Assembly (NCBI GenBank): GCA_964019335.1
Contig: OZ025678.1
Span: 310,001-374,000 of the forward strand
Direction of reading: 5' to 3'
From: Diplonema japonicum
Lineage: Eukaryota; Protista; Euglenozoa: Diplonemea
DNA: 64,000 nucleotides
In this document: positions 8,546 through 17,589 of the stretch, in pieces
How the letters are laid out: each line of letters starts with the position of its first letter
Position numbering within the stretch: the first letter of the stretch is position 1
The notes under the pieces: model-generated
The model's input: the letters and a program-made list of their open reading frames with translations, nothing else
What the model was told of the DNA's origin: nothing
Databases searched by the model: none
Translations under genes and position numbers: made by a program

Positions 8546-10942
8546 ATGTCTCTCAATTCCATTATTGAGCGTGTGTTGAACGGCTTCCAGCAGCTGTTGT
8601 GTTATACAGTGTTATCTGATGATAGTACGCTGACGAAGAAACGGAAGAAATTAGCGTTGGTGATGCAATCAGTGATTATTTTTACGTCGGCTGCGGTATT
8701 CCCAGCAGCTGGGAATTACACACGAATAGCCACTTCTCTCGGGGCCTCGAGCAGTACAGCATGGCTTGTATATCTGTTTGTTTTCAAGAGATGCGGGCCA
8801 TTGTATTGGGAATCGCTGACCTGCATATGGGGTGTGGGCTGCATTATGATAGATTACAACAACATTACAGAATCCATGTCCCGCATGTGGCCCCTCCTTA
8901 TTGTGTTGGTTGATCTCTTGTTCTTCCTAAAAGTGCGCACCAGATACCTCCTTGCCATGGCGCTGTTGTGGCTTTTTGTCACATCGTTCGAGAATGCGAT
9001 CCGCTTTGGTCTCTACGACCTCCCCTTCACCCTCACAGCTGGTGAGCGGTTTGAGAAATCGTGTACCTGCGCCATCCTCCCTTGCAAGGAAAGTATAGCG
9101 GAGAACCTTTCGCTATTCATCGGGTACATGCTGGTGTTTGGGTTCGACTCGATGGTCATTAACCACTTCGCTCAGGACCTTTACGCTGAGAACGCCAGCA
9201 TGGAGGCTGCCATCAGTGTCGCGCAAGATATTTCGGTCCACATTGCGGACTTCGACCTTGAAAGCGCGCAGACTCTCCTCAGCAAGCACGCCGAAGAGAT
9301 CCCTTCTACCTACACACACGCACTGCAGACTATACTCAACAACCTGCAGCTCTACCGGCCGTACCTCCCCGACACGCTTTTTGATCTCTCGCGTCATCCC
9401 ACGCTGTGTTCACCTCATATCAGCCGTGCTCCACCCGGCATCACCAGCAATAGGGCTGCACTTGTGTTCACAGACATCGAGCGTTCCACCGCCACATGGA
9501 ACGCGCACCCTAAGGAGATGCGCGAGGCGCTCAACTCCCACGATGTTATCATCCGAAACGCAGTCGCCGAGCACAACGGGTACGAGGTGAAGACCATCGG
9601 CGATGCATTCATGGTGGCCTTCGACACGGGTCGCGAAGCTTGCTTGTTTGGTTTACACGTGCAAACGGAGCTATATGAAGAAACATGGCCTGAAGCTCTC
9701 GCAAGTTTACCGCAATGTGCAGTCGAAGAAAACTGCTGGAACGGCTTACGGGTGCGGGTGGGGGTCCATGTTGGGGAGGTCAACGTCGAACGGAACTTCG
9801 TGTGCAGCAGATACGACTACTTCGGGCAGACAGTGAATAAGACCGCTAGGCTAGAAGGCGCGTGCAGTGCGGGAGGTGTTGCCGTGTTCGAAGACATGCT
9901 AACACAGATGAGGAGTGTTGAACACATAGAGAAAACAGACAGCGAGACCATCAGTGACGTGGTGTGCGATGACCTCTCTGATCTGAACAGCCCTGTTGTG
10001 CTTAACCTAGGAAGTGTGTTGCTGAAGGGGTTTGATAACGAATGCGTGATATGTGTGTTGTTCCCAAGGAAGCTCGCGATGCGGAGGTTTCACTGCAAGC
10101 TGAAGGAACAAAACAATGCAAAACTACCAGTGATAGTAGAAAACTTTGACGCTTTGACCAGCATGTCGAAGAGCTCGAAGAGCTCCAGCATGCAGATGTC
10201 AGGGGAACACAGCGCGATGAGAGAAGCACCCGATATGATGGTAAACGCCACTGTGGGCTGTGCTTCGTTGGTGTTCCCGGACATTATGGAGATGGATTTC
10301 CAGATAGTGGCAGACGCGTTCAGCAAAGTGCTGAACTGCGTGGAGCGGGGTGACGGGAAGGCCCTGACTGTATTTGGAACAAACATCTACTTGGGATGGA
10401 ACATAGGGTACAGAAAGAACACAAGGCGCACAGACGGCGCTATCCGTTTCGCAGCACTTCTGTCACGAGTCTTCGATCACGAAAAGCCGTATCTTGCGCT
10501 GTCTACAGGGAATGTTCTTAGAAGCCATGTTGGTTCATATAAAAACAAGTACCTTTCCGTCTTTGGCCCTGTTGCGCTATCAGTCGGTCCCCTCTCAGTT
10601 TTATGTGAGGAACTAAAGGCCTTCTGCCTGTCTGTGAGCGAATCCGACACTATTGTGGAGGCTCTGCAGTCCATTGCCGGGTCTGAATGGCATGCTGTGG
10701 CCCGCCCAGTGAGTTACTACCATACCTCTTTGGGTGATATCGACGTCTTTGAGCTGCACACGCCAATGATCCACGAGATGCTTTCTTTGAAGTATACATC
10801 TACTTTGATCAGAAACCCAACGTTCTCGTGGTCGGCGGAGTACCACGAGGCGTTTTACAAGTCCGACTTCAGCAAGATACTGAGGGAAGGGGGGGGCGAC
10901 CTGGTCCTGAACAAGTTGGCTCGGAAACACGTAGATACATAA
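8546..10942 (+). CDS. Multi-TM receptor-type adenylate cyclase with a C-terminal degenerate second cyclase domain
   Basis: N-terminal hydrophobic helices. Class III cyclase motifs FTDIERST, YEVKTIGDAFMVAF, LRVRVGVHVG and YDYFGQTVNKTARLE. Confidence 0.92.
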   Translation: MSLNSIIERVLNGFQQLLCYTVLSDDSTLTKKRKKLALVMQSVIIFTSAAVFPAAGNYTRIATSLGASSSTAWLVYLFVFKRCGPLYWESLTCIWGVGCIMIDYNNITESMSRMWPLLIVLVDLLFFLKVRTRYLLAMALLWLFVTSFENAIRFGLYDLPFTLTAGERFEKSCTCAILPCKESIAENLSLFIGYMLVFGFDSMVINHFAQDLYAENASMEAAISVAQDISVHIADFDLESAQTLLSKHAEEIPSTYTHALQTILNNLQLYRPYLPDTLFDLSRHPTLCSPHISRAPPGITSNRAALVFTDIERSTATWNAHPKEMREALNSHDVIIRNAVAEHNGYEVKTIGDAFMVAFDTGREACLFGLHVQTELYEETWPEALASLPQCAVEENCWNGLRVRVGVHVGEVNVERNFVCSRYDYFGQTVNKTARLEGACSAGGVAVFEDMLTQMRSVEHIEKTDSETISDVVCDDLSDLNSPVVLNLGSVLLKGFDNECVICVLFPRKLAMRRFHCKLKEQNNAKLPVIVENFDALTSMSKSSKSSSMQMSGEHSAMREAPDMMVNATVGCASLVFPDIMEMDFQIVADAFSKVLNCVERGDGKALTVFGTNIYLGWNIGYRKNTRRTDGAIRFAALLSRVFDHEKPYLALSTGNVLRSHVGSYKNKYLSVFGPVALSVGPLSVLCEELKAFCLSVSESDTIVEALQSIAGSEWHAVARPVSYYHTSLGDIDVFELHTPMIHEMLSLKYTSTLIRNPTFSWSAEYHEAFYKSDFSKILREGGGDLVLNKLARKHVDT

Positions 10943-11108
10943 ATATTCTTTCCTTTTTGTTGGGGGTTACATTTACATGCCGTCCCCATGCCGCCCTCCC
11001 CTATTATTATGGTTTGCCTACTTTTCATGTTATGCGCTTTTTTTTTTTTTTTCTTCTCTTTTTCCTTCCCCCATATCGCAACTGTATCAAAAGGAAGATG
11101 TTGGCACG

Positions 11109-12365
11109 ATGGATCCATGCGGGTGCGAAGGAGGGTATGGGTGGGACGGAGACACGTGCACACTTGGTATAAAGACAGCCTCTGAAGATATAACGTGCTG
11201 TGGATGCGGAGGCCGCGTAGTAGAAGGGGCGTGCAACTGCAGCAGTGCAACGATAACAGAGCTGTGGAAGGAAGGGGATGGGTCCGACCCAACATTGTGG
11301 ATTGTGCTTCCTCTTGTGGGCGCCTGCTTGTGCGCACTGCTGGGAGTGATGTGGGCCTTACGCAGGCGGCGGCGACCGAACCAACAACCGAGCGAGGAAA
11401 AACCTCTCAACCCAGAATCCGAAATTGATCTGGCTGAACCTATCCCCAGTGTTGGCTTTGATCCAGTGGGTGAATCAGATTCCGACCCTCTACAAGATGA
11501 CCTACCAGTGGCCAGAGTACCGAGTCCGGTACCGACCCCGAAGAACCCTCTTGGGATCAACTCAGCAGCAATGATAGAAAGACGGCTTGATAGATTGGTA
11601 GCACTGTTGACAGAGGAAGGCTATCAACGGGAAGCACCGAGCCTTGCTGATCAAATGGGTTCTGCGTTGATCTCTTCAGAGACACACCCGCTTGTGAGGC
11701 CACCTGGTGGCGATACGAGTGTTGTCGACGAGATGTTAAAGAACTTCAGGTTCCCGCCTTGTTCGGGTGTGTCGGAACTGAAAACGCTTGCGATGGTGGC
11801 TTGCCGTTTGGTGGATACCAATTCTGGTTATGACTACCCGCCTGTGGTGATGCTTGCGGTGTGTTTATTCACAGCGCCACATGAACTGCTTGATGCACTG
11901 TTGCTGTGGAAAGATGGTGAGCAGCACAACAAGTACATGGCGGCGGAATGGTGGAGGTGGCCGCGCCTCGTGACGATGCTAGCGGCCTATGCCATCTTCG
12001 ATGATGGCAAGCCGCCTGTGGTTGTCTCTGCTGTCATGACCGGCACCCCTCAAAAGGAACCTGCCGACCGTATTTACCTCCCGGGGCCCACCGTCTGCAC
12101 TACATCGGATATCAACGAGACTTCCCTCTCCACAGTTGTAAGTGCGTATCTGCCTGTCCCCAGCTGTGGCACTATCATCATCCCGCCCCTCACCACCTTT
12201 GTCGTTGATTCGGTGTTGCATGGGCCTTCTTCGGTGTTTTATGAGGTGACCGCCACCCACATCCCATTCTCACCACTGATGCAGGAGGCCTTAGGGACCG
12301 TCCACGCTGATTGCCGACGGCTTGAAGCCGCAGCGAGTCTTCATACCGTCGCGTTTGAAATCTGA
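11109..12365 (+). CDS. Single-pass membrane protein with a Cys-rich EGF-like N-terminus and a possible degenerate ADP-ribosyltransferase-like cytoplasmic domain
   Basis: CGCEGGYGWDGDTC motif, then TM segment LWIVLPLVGACLCALLGVMWAL followed by RRRRR. First plausible ATG is 11109; the upstream part of the ORF is poly-T noise. Confidence 0.65.
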   Translation: MDPCGCEGGYGWDGDTCTLGIKTASEDITCCGCGGRVVEGACNCSSATITELWKEGDGSDPTLWIVLPLVGACLCALLGVMWALRRRRRPNQQPSEEKPLNPESEIDLAEPIPSVGFDPVGESDSDPLQDDLPVARVPSPVPTPKNPLGINSAAMIERRLDRLVALLTEEGYQREAPSLADQMGSALISSETHPLVRPPGGDTSVVDEMLKNFRFPPCSGVSELKTLAMVACRLVDTNSGYDYPPVVMLAVCLFTAPHELLDALLLWKDGEQHNKYMAAEWWRWPRLVTMLAAYAIFDDGKPPVVVSAVMTGTPQKEPADRIYLPGPTVCTTSDINETSLSTVVSAYLPVPSCGTIIIPPLTTFVVDSVLHGPSSVFYEVTATHIPFSPLMQEALGTVHADCRRLEAAASLHTVAFEI

Positions 12366-12427
12366 AAAATGGGGGAAAAAATAGAGACAACGAAAAAAAA
12401 AAGAAAAAGAGAAAAAAATGTGTGTGT

Positions 12428-12461
<34 letters not shown>

Positions 12462-12688
12462 CTCTTGTCAGGACAAGAAGAGTGAAAGGAAACGAAGAAA
12501 AAAAAAAGAGGGCAGGGGATACAAAAAAAAAAGCCTTCATTTCCCCCCCCTCCCATTGTTCTCGACATTCGTTAAAAAAAATATTTAACCCAATAAACAA
12601 AAGAGGGGAGGGAGGGAGGGAGGGAGGGAGGAGAGGGGGTGGTTCTTGAAGAAAGAGGGAAAAGAAAAAAGAAGAAGAAAGGACAGAA

Positions 12689-13410
12689 ATGTCTCGGTAT
12701 GGGGAGAAGGACCCCGCGACTGACGATCAGATCGAGGCGACCGCACGGAGGGTGCTTGAAGAAATAGCAGCAGTGGGGACTGGGACTGAGGTCCAATTGG
12801 ATGAATACATAGCGGTATGGGGGCACCCTCTCTGTCTACTTATAATAGATTCTCGCCAAATATCGTCGAACTTGTGAAAAGCGGTCGAACTATAAGGAGG
12901 CAGAGCTGGTGCAACATGTGCTCAAGCAGCTGCGTCTAGAAGAGGAAAACAGGTGCGTGAAACGAAAACAAAATGAAAAAAAGAGGGGGGGTGAATTTTA
13001 AACTACCTTGGAAGCTCTCTGTATCTCCTGCTGTGGTCGGTTCCCACATCGTGCATCAGGTCATAAAGTTAGCGAGAATGTTTTGAGAAAAGAAAAAAAG
13101 CATTCTGTATCTCCTGCTGCGGTCGGCTCTTCTTGCATCGTGCATCAGGTCATAAAGTCTGCGAGAATATTGGCGTCCGGACAGGTTTCTTTTTTGGCGT
13201 TTCCTAGAAGCTCTCTGTATCTCCTGCTGTGGTCGGTTCCCACATCGTGCATCAGGTCATAAAGTTAGCCAGAATACTGACATCCCAGCCGAGTTTTTTT
13301 CATTTTTCTTTTTAACTGCCTTGGAAGCTCTCTGTATCTCCTGCTGTGGTCGGTTTCCACATCGTGCATCAGGTCATAAAGTTAGCGAGAAAATATTTGT
13401 ATCTCAGCTC

Positions 13411-13442
<32 letters not shown>

Positions 13443-14974
13443 GAAACTACCTTGGAAGCTCTCTGTATCTCCTGCTGCGGTCGGTTTCCACATCGTGCAT
13501 CAGGTCATAAAGTTAGCGAGAATATTCGAGATTCGTGGTTCTAAAAAAAGCATTCTGTATCTCCTGCTGCGGTCGGCTCTTCTTGCATCGTGCATCAGGT
13601 CATAAAGTCTGCGAGAATGTTGGCGTCCAGACAGGTTTCATTTTTAGCAGCTCCTAGAAGCTCTCTGTATCTCCTGCTGCGGTCGGTTCCCACATCGCGC
13701 ATCAGGTCATAAAGTTAGCGAGAAAAATTGGCATCCCAGCCGAGTTTTTTCACGTATCTCCTGCTGTGGTCGGTTCCCACATCGTGCATAGCGAGAATAT
13801 TCGGCGGGTTTCGTGGTTTAGAAAAAGAAAAAAAAAAAAAAGCATTCTGTATCTCCTGCTGCGGTCGGCTCTTCTCGGCTCATCGTGCATCAGGTCATAA
13901 AGTCTGCGAGAATATTGGCGTCCGGACACGGTTTCTTAACGTTTTTCCTGGGAAGCTCTCTGTATCTCCTGCTGTGGTCGGTTCCCACATCGCGCATCAG
14001 GTCATAAAGTTAGCGAGAAGGAAATAAATAGTTCGGTTTCTTAAAAACATTTCTGATACTCCCCCCCCCTTTTTTTTCTTTTGTGTTCAACTGTTTATCA
14101 AAACAAAAAAAAAAAAAAAACCACAGGCACGTCTACGCTCTAACACAGCAACAAGAGCTGGAAAGGCAGGGGCTGGAAGAAGCCCACACGCTGGAGTTTC
14201 AGAATTTCAATCAGGTACGTTTGAAAAAAAAAAAAAAAAAAAAAAAAATATTCTTTGCAGATATGGAACGAGAAGATCGACAGCTTTGAAGAGCACCAGC
14301 TGGAGTGCGAGGCTGTGATGCTTGAACACCACAGCATGGAGCTGACGAAGTTCCACGGCAGCATGACTGCCGAGGCTCCTAAGAAGGCGAAGTTCTCAAA
14401 GGATCTTCTGAACCTCCGGAAGATTCAAGAAACACTAGCCAAACAAAAAAACTATGTGGAAGCTCAAAAAGTCAAGATAAAGGGTGACCGATTGGAGTCT
14501 ATCGAACTCGAAAGGATCAACAGGGACAGGGGGGACAGGTACGCTAAGAAAGAATCACAGATATTGGGTAGACATCGGCAAGAGTTGCTTGCGATGAGGA
14601 AACGAATGGAAAGAGGCAGAATCGAGCTCGAAAGGAGGAGGAAAAAAGAACTTGAAATGCTGCTACAGAGGTACAACAATGTGAAGAGAGGGCTTCTCGG
14701 GCAACAAAACATCATCAAGGCTAAGACCGGTAACATGCTTCTAAAGCACGCAGCAAATAAGAAGACTGATGGTAGTGGATCGCAAGCCATCGTCACCTCC
14801 ATGAACAGCGGCACCTTTGGTCCAGGGTTAAAGAAGAAGGCGGACTCTAGCTACCCCTCAGCTACCGATGTTGTGAAGCAGATACAGCAGGAAGTTGCCC
14901 AGCAGCATGGAATGGCCGGAGAAGTGCCTTCCCCCACCGCAGCTGACAATTCTGGTACTTTGCCGCCTGTTTGA
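12689..14974 (+). CDS. Conserved-looking coiled-coil protein; host gene of the intronic guide-RNA array
   Basis: Exons 12689-12814, 12849-12952, 14127-14214 and 14261-14974 splice in frame through GT-AG introns (…DEYIA|ILAKYRR…EEENR|HVYALTQ…QNFNQ|IWNEK…). Confidence 0.85.
13012..14021 (+). ncRNA. Intronic tandem cluster of 10 single-hairpin AGA-box (H/ACA-like) pseudouridylation guide snoRNA candidates (7 type A including 1 truncated, 3 type B)
   Basis: Units at 13012-13080, 13098-13169(B), 13208-13276, 13325-13393, 13456-13524, 13548-13619(B), 13658-13726, 13754-13799 (partly deleted), 13840-13914(B) and 13953-14021. Fold: GCT/AGC (or GCA/TGC) lower stem, 10+10 nt pocket, CCTG/CAGG upper stem, AGA 14 nt below the upper stem. 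Confidence 0.75.
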
Positions 14975-15293
14975 TGGGGGAGAAAAAAAAAAAAAAAAAA
15001 GCGAAAAAAAAGAAAGTCAGATACATTCTTGTATCGAAATTAGTTTTTTGAGAAAAAAAAAAAAAAAAAGAAGAAAAAAAATCCACTGATGTCAATATAC
15101 ATTCTCCCTTCTTTTCCCGTTTCTTTTTTTTTTTTTTTTTTTTCCTTTCTCTATACCGTTTTTCTGACCAATGCACAACAAAAAAAAAAAGAGGGGGAGA
15201 GAAGAAAAAATCGGAGGAGTTTTTATTTTTATTTTTTTTTTTCTTTTTGTCTAAAAAAATAACCACTTTTTCTTTTTTTGACTTCACACTGCG

Positions 15294-15324
<31 letters not shown>

Positions 15325-15468
15325 CAAAAAAAAGAAACCCTTTTTTTTAATCCTCTATTCAATTTTTTTTTTTTTCATTTTGTTTAAAAAAAAAGAAAAA
15401 CACACAACAACAACAACAACAACACAAAAGAGAATCCACCGCTGCCACATGTCCGCATTCCATCAAAA

Positions 15469-16614
15469 ATGGAGTGGAACACCTATGGAGCAGATGAACT
15501 GAGAAAAATGAAACAAGAAAAGGAAAAAGAAGGCGCTGTGGAGGTAGGAGCACCAAGTCTCACTCTCGAGTCAGAACACGCACTTAGAATGTCAGGTGTC
15601 GGCTTCTTATGGGAATGCGGTTTCAGTGAAAGGTTGAGCACACGCAGCATCGCGGAGGCAGAGTGCAACTCAAAGTACAGCAAGAAGCTCAGAGCCGAAG
15701 AAGGGGAACTTTTTACAACCTTCGACACCAGCGAGAACAAAAACCTCATCAAAGCGTTCAAAGCACAATCGCAGGCTTGCAAAGACCTTTCAACCCCCGA
15801 AACAAACGACTTCTCCCAACGTAACAGAACTGCCTGTCTCCAAGCCATCCTCATCTACCACCACTTCTTTCTGAAAAAGAGTTTCAGGCAATACGACAGA
15901 TTCCTAACAGCAGCCGCAGCGTTGCTTATAGCATACAAGTCGCAAAACATCCTCCCCCTCCCTGGCAAGGAAGCCCCTTTGGACTCTGTACAACGGTGTA
16001 TCAGACAGCTTCTTCCAAATCGGTACAAAAGTAATGAGTACAGGGTTGTGATAAAGAGGTTGGAGATGAAGGTGTTGGACGCAACACGGTTTTCTGTATC
16101 GTCACGAAGCGCTGTTGACGTAGCTCGCATGGTATGCAAGAGGATAGAGGCGCCAGAGGGAGTCGAGAAGCTCAGCTTGGCCGTCATTACAGATAGTTAT
16201 TTACTTACCGATATTTGTGTAAGGTATGAAGTTGAGTGCATCGGCATTGCTGGTGTCCTTTTGGGGATCGCAGCCACGCCTGAGCCCTATCCTGAGGGCG
16301 GTGTCCCTGCACTTATCCTTGATTTTCAAAGCGATCCGCACAAGGCCCTGCCTGGGTACAATGCGTTACACGCGAAAACGCGTGCTCGTCTTCACGATTC
16401 GTATATTCGTGCTGCTTGGTTGGACCTCTTGTCTATGTACAGGCAGTCGGGGGGAGGGTATGACAGTCCCCCTCTCCCCATCCCCGTGCTGGAGGGTTCC
16501 GACCGTGCTGTCGAAAAGCGCAAACGAGACGAAACGTACATCGCGGCGATGAAGAGGAAGATAAGCAAAACGGTCGTGAACGGTGAAGCCGCGCTGCCGT
16601 CGTTGCACTCTTGA
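15469..16614 (+). CDS. Transcription-type cyclin (cyclin K/T/L-like)
   Basis: Cyclin box ACLQAILIYHHFFLKKSF..YDRFLTAAAALLIAYK…LEMKVLDATRF, with a second cyclin fold downstream. Confidence 0.75.
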   Translation: MEWNTYGADELRKMKQEKEKEGAVEVGAPSLTLESEHALRMSGVGFLWECGFSERLSTRSIAEAECNSKYSKKLRAEEGELFTTFDTSENKNLIKAFKAQSQACKDLSTPETNDFSQRNRTACLQAILIYHHFFLKKSFRQYDRFLTAAAALLIAYKSQNILPLPGKEAPLDSVQRCIRQLLPNRYKSNEYRVVIKRLEMKVLDATRFSVSSRSAVDVARMVCKRIEAPEGVEKLSLAVITDSYLLTDICVRYEVECIGIAGVLLGIAATPEPYPEGGVPALILDFQSDPHKALPGYNALHAKTRARLHDSYIRAAWLDLLSMYRQSGGGYDSPPLPIPVLEGSDRAVEKRKRDETYIAAMKRKISKTVVNGEAALPSLHS

Positions 16615-16752
16615 TCCCGGTCGAACTTTTCCCCCCCCCCTTTTTTTTTCCCATACCCAATTCCCATTTTTCAATACAACCTGTATCGCCAATAAAGTGG
16701 GTGGGGGGGGGGGGGGGGGAGGGAAACCCTTCCCTCTCGAAAAGAGAGGAAA

Positions 16753-17419
16753 ATGGATCGAAAAACCGTGGCACTGGGTGGGTTTGTAATGTCATCAGCA
16801 GCATGTGCGGTGTGTTTCAACCGGTGCGTACGTGGGAGGCAGGACACGGAAGGAACGGGGTTGGTGGAGTACAAAAACACGGAGTTTAAATTTCTGATAA
16901 ACCATCACGAGGGGTACGATGTGGTCGTCTCCCGGCACACTGGCTGCGTGCTGTTCGAGGTGACAAAGGAGGGCCACGAACCGATCACCATTGTCATGGA
17001 AGAGCTCAAGATGGACATAAGCCTCGGTGACTACTCCGAGTGCGCTGCCGTAAAAACAGTTGAAGAGCTCCGTAGCATCGACAACAGCAACGTCAGCATC
17101 GTGCCCTGCAGCAGCACCATCAAGAATCGGTCTGGAGCGGAGTTTGTCCAATGGCAGATCTTGCACGAACCGGCGGGTACTGATATCGCCCCTGTTAACG
17201 TTTGGAATGGGTATGCAAAATGAAGAGGAAGGGATAAAGAAGTTGTATACACCTCATTCAGAATTTGTATGCACAATAAGTGCGGGTGGGGTATTCAAGC
17301 ATCTGCAAGAAGCAATTTCGATGAAGTATGTTCCTTGGAGGGAAAAAAGTTTTTTCTAAAAAAAAAAAAAGGTGATGCACCATGCTATTACGATTGCGAA
17401 TAGTCTTTCGTTCTTGTAA
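16753..17419 (+). CDS. Hypothetical ~200-aa protein
   Basis: ORF extends through GT-AG introns 17211-17231 (21 nt) and 17326-17371 (46 nt) to TAA at 17417-17419, reading …VWNG|DKEVVYTSF…NFDE|VMHHAITIANSLSFL. Confidence 0.65.
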
Positions 17420-17589
17420 CAATACTTGCTTTTTTTTCTTCTTCTTCTTTTTTTTTTTTTTTTTTTTTTTTTGCTGCTTCAATCGGTCTCTCCAAAACTC
17501 AAATAACCCATTACCCATAGGAGGAGGGGTGGGGCAGCCCGGGATACACTTGCTCTTTTTTTCTTGAGCAGATAAAAAGAACAAAGCAT

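Noticed and set aside
13012-14021. CRISPR array
   Set aside because: The units are ~70 nt, the spacers are reused and low-complexity, there are no cas genes, and the context is a eukaryotic intron.
13012-14021. Spliced-leader RNA gene array
   Set aside because: Only TCTGTA is shared with the euglenozoan SL. There is no AAC-initiated 39-nt exon followed by a GT donor.
14862-15556. Short poly-K/poly-F ORFs here and in other intergenic regions (21300-23000, 26700-28050, 61200-61740)
   Set aside because: These are translations of homopolymer tracts with no coding signal.
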